Source: Methanobacteriota archaeon
Lineage (GTDB): Archaea > Thermoplasmatota > Poseidoniia > Poseidoniales > Poseidoniaceae
Length of the DNA stretch: 64,000 nt
Assembly: GCA_009937025.1 (NCBI GenBank)
Contig: JAACDG010000164.1
Location: 85-64,084, forward strand
Direction of reading: 5' to 3'
Below the pieces are notes generated by a model. The model ran no database searches. It was given only the letters and a program-made list of their open reading frames with translations, and was not told where the DNA came from. Positions 27,638-36,206 of this stretch are shown here, piece by piece. The translations under genes were made by a program, and so were the position numbers. Each line of letters opens with the position of its first letter. Within the stretch, counting starts at the first letter, position 1.

Positions 27638-30600
27638 TCAGAGACTGACCCAATCAATAATGATTTGACCGTTTGCATTCAATCCAACAACAGGTTTGAA
27701 ACCGTCATGAGGCGTAATTTCAATCGATTTCAAAATCGCTTCTAACTTACCTGGAGGCAGGCGGATTTCAAACCCTTGTGAGGTTGAAATTGTTTCAGGC
27801 ATTGGGACGAATACTTCCTCGACAACAACTTCTTCGACTTCTTCGGCCTCTTCTTCAACGATTTCAAAAACTTCTTCAACTTCTTCAACTTCTTCGGCCT
27901 GTCCTTTAACGATTTCAGGAAGTTCTTCCCCAGGGGGCAGTTTTTCCACTTCCTTCAAGAGTGAGGCTTGTTGAATAGTTGCTTGAGGAGCCTGTTGAAC
28001 TTCACCTGTTTCATAAATTCCATCATCATCATCCAACCTTTGCATGGTGAGGAATCCCCAACCTAAAGCAATCAAACCGACTCCAACAAATGAAAGTGCT
28101 TGCATTGTTGTGCTGTCAACATCAATACTGAAGGCGACAAAGGAAAGAATTGAGCCGTAGCCTCCAAGAATTCGTCTCCAACGTGCTTCATAATCAGGAG
28201 CATACCCTTGGATACCAATAGCAATGAGAACAACTGTGGTGAGCACCCAAGCCAGAGACCATTGATCAAGTTCACCAAAGGTGAAGAAAATACCAGCAAG
28301 TGCACTCAAGACTCCCGCCATTCCTAATCGGTCAAGGAAGTCAAGGAAGTCATCATCATTGTCCCATTCAAAGAATTCGAACTCATACACTTTGTCGTTT
28401 TGTAGGGAGAGCCAAGAAATACTCAACCCTTCAATCAGAAGGAACAAGCCGATTGGAATGCCAATTGGTATTGAATCGATTTCCAACTGTATGATGAGAT
28501 TCGCCAGTGCAATTGCATGAATTGCTGGCACGAAGAACAATGCATTTGCATAGCCCTTGAGGAGAATATCGCGAGTAAGTAATACTGCTCCAGCCAATGT
28601 TCCTAGTCCAAGTAATGCTTCAAAACTGAGAATAAAGAAGACATAGGTAGTGATGTAGAGTGTGTCGACAATCCCTTCTCTCTTTTCTTGTGTCAATTCC
28701 TTGTCTTGTTCATTTGAAACATATTTGAAAAGAAGGTCTTTACTGTTCATTAAGGTAAACGTCAGAGCTGAACATGCTGTAAGCAAAGCACTCCATGAAA
28801 AGGCCATAGTGAAATCATCGAATATTTCTTCATAGCCCATTCCAATCAAAAGGCTAATCATGAATCCAATATGGAGGGCTACAATGGTCTCGAGTTTCCC
28901 ATTGATCCACGAATTAATGATGAGATAGGCAAACATAATTGCTGGAATCCAACCGACGCTTGAACTTGCTCCAATCACGCCGACAAGCGCCCAACCCCAC
29001 ACTCCAAACCAAGGCAACGGTTCACGTTCACTGTTACTTTGTTGGACATATTTGTTGTCCATAATAAGGACATATATCATTTGCAGTGTGATGAAAATTC
29101 CACCCAACCGGGTAAGAGATAAAAATCCAAATTCCACAAAGTCATAGGTTGAAGGGTCGGTCATTTCAATGAGATATCTCGCAATTCCCGCTGATTCGAT
29201 CCAATGAGAATTGACGATGAAAAAGGCTACCGGTGAAAGCATCAATGGCCAAACATGGCGATGTTTGACACATCGTACTGTGACCAAACCTATCATCGAT
29301 AGAATCAGCAATCCACCTGAAGTATCAAGACAAGCCAAACCTAACAGCCCAAGCATGGCCCAAGCATCAGCATTGACCGAAAGATGGTCATCATCAATTC
29401 CGCGTTTCGTGATGAGGCTGTTGACATAAAGCGGTGCACTTAGAATCATAATATCGAACAGTATAGGAATAGGAGCCCAAGAGGTGTTTTCATACTCCGC
29501 TAAATATTGCATTTGGCTTCGCAGTATATTGAGACTGATACTCAGAGGAAGCGCGATTGTGAACAACACCCACACACCGGCAGAACGAACGACAGAGGAG
29601 ATAACATCCATATTTTTTATTTCAAGAACCAATCCCATTATCGGCACAAGGAGAAGCAGTGCCCATGGGTAAGAAATCAATGATTCAGCACCATCCCAAT
29701 CGAACTCATTGCCCCATGGATTTACCATTGTTATGAGACTGAAACTCATCATGAAAAACGGAAGAAGAAGGGAGATACGGGTTAATTGACTCCAACTGTT
29801 CTTTTCAACCCAATTCTCAGTTTCTCTGGCCTCTCCATTATTTGGAACATTCCAAGAGTTGGTTTCAGCATCATATATTGGTGCACTTACAGCAAAACGT
29901 TTTGTCCAATTGAATAACAGACCCAAATCCAATTCAATTTCCCGAGATGCATAGAGTGCCCAATACCCCAATGCTCCAAGAATAAAGATTTGATAATTGA
30001 AATATTCAGGCAATGGTACTTGTTCAAAAGCCACAGGAACATCGATGCGGTCGAGGATGGTGAGGATAATCATCGAAGTAAAGGCGATGAACGATACAAG
30101 GGTCGCTTGCATTTTCTCCTCCCAAGAACTGTCGATCGTAAGGTTGCTAAACGTGTTTCGTGCAAGATATAGCATATAGCCGATGAAAATCCATGGCATA
30201 AACCAGTCTTCTGCTTGAAGAATAGTTCGAGAGAGAACAAGTGAACCAAGCATAACTAAATGTGTCCATGTCGAAATTTTGTCGTTTTGTCGAGCGAATT
30301 CGGAAATACAAAACAAAGCAATCGGAATAATGACTTGCATGCCATCATATCCGAAAGTCTCAGAAAGAGGCGTATTGTTGATATTAGCAAAAACATCGGT
30401 GAAAAAGAAAGCGAGTGCTAATGCGCTAAAGGTGTAATCAGCAACCCATCGCCGGGTTGCTTTAGCGATAAACAACATGTATGGCACCATCAAGAGTGTG
30501 ATGGCCCAAGGAATGACGCTCCCATCATTTGGTAACATGACCAGGGCCGCAGCCAAGCCAATAGGCATCCATGGCACTCTGCGCTGTTGTACTGCTGGGA

Positions 30601-31750
30601 AATAGAATATCAAAACAGCAATCCAAAGAGCGACACTCAGTCCAAAGATATTTTCAATACCTAATTCTGCAGATTTTATTGGTCCAATATGCAAATTTAA
30701 GTTTTCAACATTGGCGATATACATAGCGAAGACGATTTCTCCAACCAGCACAATCGATGCTTTTTGAATTAATTCTGAACGCAATTCTTTTCGAGAGGCA
30801 TAATAGCCTTGGATTGCTATGATGAAGATGAGAAGAGAAATTGCTCCACCTGCGCCGTTTGATTCTGCATTGGTGTTGAATACTTCAAAAAGAATGGGTA
30901 TGAATCCCGAAACAACGGCTACAACGACAAAGTTGAGAGCTTTATTGGACCGCAACGCCATTTCCATGGCTGCAAAGCAAAGAAGAATAAGAGAAAGCCC
31001 CATTTCATAGGAAATGATGTTATCAGTCCATTTCATCCAAGGGCCCATACCTGCAGCAAGCAAGACCAATATCGGGGCATAGGCAGCGACTGCACGTCCA
31101 AAACCAGTGGCGCCTTTGAAGCGTTTCAAAAGTTGAAGTTCAGCAAAAATCAAAGCAAGCATTGCTGCTGTTTGAACATAGATTGCTTTTGCATTTGGAT
31201 GCCAGTCCACCCATGTTCCAGTTGATTCATCAATCCATCCCATGTTATTGAATTGAGTTTGTGAGCCAAAAATGTCAGTCCAACCTTCTCCTGTTACGAA
31301 TCCAATCAACCATCGTGAACCCCAAATGGTGCCCACTGTCGCAAAAAAGAATCCAATCCCGAGCATATAATCTTGAACTTCATACAACACATGGTCATTC
31401 TTTTTACTTTGAGCCTCAATCCATCCAATCGCAATTCCTGCCGATAAAAACCCACCTAAAAACAAGATTAAGAAATCGGAATTCGTTGCGTCATCTGCAA
31501 ATGCTATTTGAAACAGTCCACCCCAAATAGCCGCTAAAGCAATACACATCATTATGAGTTGTGAAAATTTCATCAATGTACGATTTGAATCTGAAATTAC
31601 ACCCCCCGGTGCTCGAACAACCATTGGCTGTTCAATCGGTTTCGAATCGGTAAAAATGGTACCCGTGGGTGTTGGTGTATTGGCTTTTGCCAATAATCCG
31701 TGAGGTTGTTCATTCATTCTTCGAGGTGCAGAACGTCGTGGAGCCGCCAT
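27638..31750 (-). CDS. Giant polytopic membrane protein (~1370 aa, ~35-40 TM), hypothetical, with acidic EEVEEV-repeat C-terminal domain
   Basis: Continuous 1403-codon ORF. The start is uncertain (31849, 31750 or 31717). Dozens of hydrophobic helices and no AglB WWDYG motif. C-terminal ...EEVEEVEEVFEIVEEEAEEVEEVVVEEVF.... Confidence 0.6.
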   Translation of the reverse strand: MAAPRRSAPRRMNEQPHGLLAKANTPTPTGTIFTDSKPIEQPMVVRAPGGVISDSNRTLMKFSQLIMMCIALAAIWGGLFQIAFADDATNSDFLILFLGGFLSAGIAIGWIEAQSKKNDHVLYEVQDYMLGIGFFFATVGTIWGSRWLIGFVTGEGWTDIFGSQTQFNNMGWIDESTGTWVDWHPNAKAIYVQTAAMLALIFAELQLLKRFKGATGFGRAVAAYAPILVLLAAGMGPWMKWTDNIISYEMGLSLILLCFAAMEMALRSNKALNFVVVAVVSGFIPILFEVFNTNAESNGAGGAISLLIFIIAIQGYYASRKELRSELIQKASIVLVGEIVFAMYIANVENLNLHIGPIKSAELGIENIFGLSVALWIAVLIFYFPAVQQRRVPWMPIGLAAALVMLPNDGSVIPWAITLLMVPYMLFIAKATRRWVADYTFSALALAFFFTDVFANINNTPLSETFGYDGMQVIIPIALFCISEFARQNDKISTWTHLVMLGSLVLSRTILQAEDWFMPWIFIGYMLYLARNTFSNLTIDSSWEEKMQATLVSFIAFTSMIILTILDRIDVPVAFEQVPLPEYFNYQIFILGALGYWALYASREIELDLGLLFNWTKRFAVSAPIYDAETNSWNVPNNGEARETENWVEKNSWSQLTRISLLLPFFMMSFSLITMVNPWGNEFDWDGAESLISYPWALLLLVPIMGLVLEIKNMDVISSVVRSAGVWVLFTIALPLSISLNILRSQMQYLAEYENTSWAPIPILFDIMILSAPLYVNSLITKRGIDDDHLSVNADAWAMLGLLGLACLDTSGGLLILSMIGLVTVRCVKHRHVWPLMLSPVAFFIVNSHWIESAGIARYLIEMTDPSTYDFVEFGFLSLTRLGGIFITLQMIYVLIMDNKYVQQSNSEREPLPWFGVWGWALVGVIGASSSVGWIPAIMFAYLIINSWINGKLETIVALHIGFMISLLIGMGYEEIFDDFTMAFSWSALLTACSALTFTLMNSKDLLFKYVSNEQDKELTQEKREGIVDTLYITTYVFFILSFEALLGLGTLAGAVLLTRDILLKGYANALFFVPAIHAIALANLIIQLEIDSIPIGIPIGLFLLIEGLSISWLSLQNDKVYEFEFFEWDNDDDFLDFLDRLGMAGVLSALAGIFFTFGELDQWSLAWVLTTVVLIAIGIQGYAPDYEARWRRILGGYGSILSFVAFSIDVDSTTMQALSFVGVGLIALGWGFLTMQRLDDDDGIYETGEVQQAPQATIQQASLLKEVEKLPPGEELPEIVKGQAEEVEEVEEVFEIVEEEAEEVEEVVVEEVFVPMPETISTSQGFEIRLPPGKLEAILKSIEITPHDGFKPVVGLNANGQIIIDWVSL

Positions 31751-31907
31751 ATCAATCAATGAGACTATTCCCATTGAGGACTTAATGCTTGACCCGTTTA
31801 CAGAACTCAAGAACCTGTATCTAGCATCAATTTTCTTCTTCAACACCACTGCACTTTATTTCAATGGGTTCAAATGCCGGAGGCGATTGGATAGATTTGG
31901 TGAAAAG

Positions 31908-33806
31908 ATGTTTGCAACACGAAAAGCAATAACTTTACTCTGCTTAGGAATCATGGTACTTCCAACTTTAGCTATGGCTGCCCCAGTCTCTATCTCCTCC
32001 GAGTCTTCCGAAGAAGTGGGTTGGTGGGTTGACACAACCGTTGACCGTAACGGCAACGGAATTGGAGACATGATTGAAGTTCACAAAGACAGTCCGTATT
32101 TCCTTGATGAAGATAACACACTACCACTGATTATAGATTTTGACCATACGCCTGGCGAGGTTGAAATCGCCCTGCTTGAGCGTGAAATTGATTTCCAACA
32201 TCAATGGACTCTCGAAGGAATTGATGCATTAGCAGGTCGAGTTCCTGTCGATCACATTCTCGATGCTACTACGCTTCCAGGAGTCGTCATGCTCGAACTC
32301 GATGGTATTCTAACGACCACCAACGGCGATGCTGCGGTTCTTCACGGTGTTGATACGGTGTGGGCAGATACAGGATACGATGGAGCGGGTTCTGCTGTCG
32401 CAATTATTGACACTGGAATCGATGGGGCCCATGCCAGTCTTGATGACTTAGATGATGACAATTCAACCAATGACCCAAAGGTCATAGCATTCTACGACCC
32501 AGTCAACAATCCGAGTCTCGTCAACGGTACTGAAGTCTTCCCATACGACGACCAAGGCCACGGTTCACACTGTGCAGGAACAACCGCTGGAACCGGCGCT
32601 CCGATTTACGAGCATGTTGGAATGGCACCTCAAGCATTCCTTGTCGGCGTCAAAGTCCTTGATGCTGGTGGTTCAGGTTCTTTCGCTGTTGTTATGGCTG
32701 GAATGGAATGGACCGTTGAGAATCGCTACAAATTCAATATTCGAGCAGCATCGATGAGCCTTGGAGGTCCAGGAGCGATTGAATGGACATCTTCGGAAGA
32801 AGACAGCGTGAACCGCTACGCCAATGAAATGATGGCCGCTGGAGTGGCTATCTTTATCGCAGCAGGTAATAGTGCAGTTTCAGCTCAAATCGGAACGCCA
32901 GGTTCTGCTGAAGACGCTATTACTGTGGGTGCCCTCGACAAGAACTCTGCTATCGCAGTTTATTCGAGTCAAGGTCCTACTGAAGAAGGTCGCGTCAAAC
33001 CAAATGTTGCATATGTTGGTAGTAACGTGATGTCGGTTGCTTTCAACACTGGCGACCAATACACCGACATGTCAGGAACCTCAATGGCGACACCTGGAGC
33101 AGCTGGAGTTGCTGCTTTAATGTATCAAGCCAATCCTGACCTTTCACCGTTTGACATTCGTAATATCATGCAGGAGACTGCGACGTACCGAATGTGCAAC
33201 TACATGTTTGCAAACGAGCCCTGTTTGGAAGATCTGATTCCAAAAAATCGCCAAAACAACGTCTATGGCCATGGTGAAGTTCGAGCTCTTGATTCAGTCT
33301 ATGAAGCCGCAGAACGAGATTATGCGTTCGATAAATCCCTCGATATTTCACTCACAACCGAAATTGGAATGGATAATCGAATCCATATGTTCCCTGAAGA
33401 CAGCTTATCCTATTCTGCTCTTGGCGATGTTGACACGGTTCAATGGCGCAGCAACCACCTTCGAGATGATTGGTCGAACATTCACAGTTTTGGCCATGGC
33501 GATAGCAGTGGAACTTTGGCAGCCATTGATATCATTCACCAACTCGAGCACTTACCAGGTACCGAGCTTGAAGGGAACCATACCATTTCGCTTCGTGGAA
33601 TCAAAGCAAATGACTCAGGCGGCCACACATCATCACCGTTGATTTCAGCGAACATCATGCTCATGGATACTGATTCTGCATTCGATACTATGTCAAAAGA
33701 TACAGACAGATTACCGTTCCTCTCTGCAGCTTCAATGGTTGCTGTTCTTGTTCTTGCTGGCGTTGTATCTGGAAGTCGAAGAGACGAAAACCAAGATGAA
33801 AAGTGA
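31908..33806 (+). CDS. Subtilisin-like serine protease (S8) with signal peptide and C-terminal TM anchor
   Basis: Signal MFATRKAITLLCLGIMVLPTLAMAAP. Asp DTGIDGAHASL, His HGSHCAGT, Ser GTSMATPGAAG. C-terminus RLPFLSAASMVAVLVLAGVVSGSRRDENQDEK. Confidence 0.85.
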   Translation: MFATRKAITLLCLGIMVLPTLAMAAPVSISSESSEEVGWWVDTTVDRNGNGIGDMIEVHKDSPYFLDEDNTLPLIIDFDHTPGEVEIALLEREIDFQHQWTLEGIDALAGRVPVDHILDATTLPGVVMLELDGILTTTNGDAAVLHGVDTVWADTGYDGAGSAVAIIDTGIDGAHASLDDLDDDNSTNDPKVIAFYDPVNNPSLVNGTEVFPYDDQGHGSHCAGTTAGTGAPIYEHVGMAPQAFLVGVKVLDAGGSGSFAVVMAGMEWTVENRYKFNIRAASMSLGGPGAIEWTSSEEDSVNRYANEMMAAGVAIFIAAGNSAVSAQIGTPGSAEDAITVGALDKNSAIAVYSSQGPTEEGRVKPNVAYVGSNVMSVAFNTGDQYTDMSGTSMATPGAAGVAALMYQANPDLSPFDIRNIMQETATYRMCNYMFANEPCLEDLIPKNRQNNVYGHGEVRALDSVYEAAERDYAFDKSLDISLTTEIGMDNRIHMFPEDSLSYSALGDVDTVQWRSNHLRDDWSNIHSFGHGDSSGTLAAIDIIHQLEHLPGTELEGNHTISLRGIKANDSGGHTSSPLISANIMLMDTDSAFDTMSKDTDRLPFLSAASMVAVLVLAGVVSGSRRDENQDEK

Positions 33807-33903
33807 ATGATTTGGTTTCGATAATGATGACTCGTCATTTCGTTTTGGAATACTCATTCTTGCTCATTTCCGGAGATGAACTCAAAAGTTAGAACATACC
33901 GGT

Positions 33904-35511
33904 TTGTTCATGCGCTGGCCCAAAGACCCTTCCGGAAAAGGCCATCCACGCATGAATCGTGTGTATCGCTTCCTTCGTCGATTTTCCAGATCGTTGGTCA
34001 GCATCTGGTTTCGAGAAATCAATATTGTCGATGATGAAAACATTCCTCCCGAAGGCGGCGTAATTTTCATTTCTTGGCATCCAAGTGGACTGATTGACCC
34101 GATGCTCATGCACGCATCATTGCCCGGTAAACTTTCGATGATTGCCAAACATACGCTATTCAAAATCCCAATATTGGGCCGGTTGATTCGAAGTGCTGGT
34201 GCAGTACCAATCGAACGTGCCCAAGACAGTTCAGACAAAACCGGTTCAAAAAATCGAAATAAGAAACAATTGGACTCTGTGGCATCTGTTGTAGCGGATG
34301 GTGGTCGATTGATTATTTTCCCTGAAGGGACGACACATACTGATTCGTCAGTCAAACGCGCCCGTTCTGGTGCTGCTCGTATTCTTCTTGCTGCAATTCG
34401 AAAAGCACATGAAGAGGGAAAGCCTACTCCACATTTGGTTCCAATAGGCCTCCATTATTCAGAATCTCAAACTTTCAGGGAAAGAGCGGCAGTTATCGTC
34501 GAACGGGTCATGGAGTTCGATGCCATTCCAAAAGTGATGGCAGATGAAGAGGAGCAAGACAAACTCGAAAGAGCCTGGGTTTCTTCGGTTACCGATGCCA
34601 TCGGAACTGAACTCAAGCGAGCAAGCCTTTCAAAGACCACATGGCGAGAACGAACACTCATATGGAAAGGTAGAAGTTTAGCTTATGCCGAAAAAATTCG
34701 CCAAACAGGTGGTAAATTGGTTAAACCCACCTATGCTGAATCGGTAATGGGTGCTCGTCGCATTCGGGCAGGGTGGGAATATTTGGCTGAAAATAGGCCT
34801 GCTTTGACAAAACAGTTAGTCGAAGATTGCGACAAACACTTTGAGCAGTTGGAGCAACGAAATTTAGTACCACTGGATGTCGATGCACGTCCTGAACGTC
34901 TTACAAGGGGTGCGTCAGCGAAATTACTCCTCTCTTGGTCATGGGCTGCAGTATGGATGTTTGGCCTCATAACATGGAGTGCGGTTATTGGTAACCTTAT
35001 TCCTTATCGTGGAAATGCACTCGCTGTTAAAATCATGAAAAAGAAAGGTGCTGAACAATCGATTATTGGTACCTTGAAGGTGGTTACAGCCGTGATATTC
35101 TTCCCTCTTTGGTGGATTGTTATATCAGCGGCAATCACTTGGTTGTTGTTGGTTGAAGCCAGCCCAGTGAATGAACTGCTGCAGATGCATTGGTTGTTGG
35201 CATTACTCACGAATCTACCCTTCATTTTGGTCTTCCTCATTCTGTTTATTTGGTGGCCGAATTCAGCGAAACTCCACATGAAGTTATACGCTCGCCTAGT
35301 CATTAAAACACGTCAAATACGCCGGTGGAACGCATGGAAAGTTGATGAGCATAACTGGGATGAATTGGTCCATAATCAACGTCAACTTGCTGGACGATTA
35401 GTCGGTTTAGGAGAAGGCCTCATTCTGCCTGGCGATGAAGATTGGGTCAACCCTCCAGCAGGCAAAGACGATGTCGTCTCGGTAAAAATGAGAAGCACGA
35501 CCACGCTTTGA
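33904..35511 (+). CDS. plsC: Lysophospholipid (1-acyl-sn-glycerol-3-phosphate) acyltransferase PlsC-like, with C-terminal membrane extension
   Basis: HX4D (WHPSGLID), FPEGT and VPIERA acyltransferase motifs. The C-terminal ~200 aa contains 3-4 TM helices. Confidence 0.75.
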   Translation: MFMRWPKDPSGKGHPRMNRVYRFLRRFSRSLVSIWFREINIVDDENIPPEGGVIFISWHPSGLIDPMLMHASLPGKLSMIAKHTLFKIPILGRLIRSAGAVPIERAQDSSDKTGSKNRNKKQLDSVASVVADGGRLIIFPEGTTHTDSSVKRARSGAARILLAAIRKAHEEGKPTPHLVPIGLHYSESQTFRERAAVIVERVMEFDAIPKVMADEEEQDKLERAWVSSVTDAIGTELKRASLSKTTWRERTLIWKGRSLAYAEKIRQTGGKLVKPTYAESVMGARRIRAGWEYLAENRPALTKQLVEDCDKHFEQLEQRNLVPLDVDARPERLTRGASAKLLLSWSWAAVWMFGLITWSAVIGNLIPYRGNALAVKIMKKKGAEQSIIGTLKVVTAVIFFPLWWIVISAAITWLLLVEASPVNELLQMHWLLALLTNLPFILVFLILFIWWPNSAKLHMKLYARLVIKTRQIRRWNAWKVDEHNWDELVHNQRQLAGRLVGLGEGLILPGDEDWVNPPAGKDDVVSVKMRSTTTL

Positions 35512-35597
35512 TACGAATCATAACTTGGCAATCCCTCAACCAGTGCATACCCTATGTTGATATGCGGGCTCCACCACGTCGCCTTTGGCGACTGATT

Positions 35598-36200
35598 ATG
35601 GTAGGCAGCGAACACATCAAAATGATACCCGCTCCTGACAAGAATATTTGGTCTGCTGAAGTGAATGGGGCTCCTGTGGAAGTCCTCGTCGCTTCGAATG
35701 CAATTCTTCTTGATGTGCTTCGCGACAAAGTCGGGACGCTTGGCGTAAAACGTGGATGCGACATGGGCACTTGTGGCTGTTGTACGGTCATGGTCGATGG
35801 AGCCCCTCGCCTCTCTTGCCTGTGTTTGGCTGGACAAGTTGAAGGCTCTGAAATTACAACGGTTGAAGGTTTGGCAGACGGTGCTCACCTGGCTCCAATT
35901 CAATCGTGTTTTGCCGAATATGGTGGCTCACAGTGTGGCTTTTGTACACCTGGTTTCTTGATAAGCGCCCAAGCACTATTGAATGAGAACGATACGCCGA
36001 CAGAGCAAGAAATCGCCTGTGCAATCGAAGGGAACCTTTGCCGTTGCACTGGCTATCAACAAATCATCGAATCCATTCAAGGAGCAGCTGCGATACATCG
36101 CGGCGAAGTCGCAGCAGCAGCCCCTGCAAGCGATGCTCATCCTGACCCTCATCCAGATGGACCTGATGAGCCAAATATGCCTCCTGGCCACGCTCGGTGA
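35598..36200 (+). CDS. coxS: Molybdenum hydroxylase small subunit, 2x[2Fe-2S] (CoxS/XdhA-like)
   Basis: CDMGTCGCCTV (plant-type cluster), then CGFCTPG and CRCTGY (second cluster). The start is an internal Met of ORF 35442. Confidence 0.9.
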   Translation: MVGSEHIKMIPAPDKNIWSAEVNGAPVEVLVASNAILLDVLRDKVGTLGVKRGCDMGTCGCCTVMVDGAPRLSCLCLAGQVEGSEITTVEGLADGAHLAPIQSCFAEYGGSQCGFCTPGFLISAQALLNENDTPTEQEIACAIEGNLCRCTGYQQIIESIQGAAAIHRGEVAAAAPASDAHPDPHPDGPDEPNMPPGHAR

Positions 36201-36206
36201 TGTTTC

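Noticed and set aside
27638-31750. Giant membrane protein as oligosaccharyltransferase AglB
   Set aside because: No WWDYG or DK motifs. The topology is far larger than AglB.
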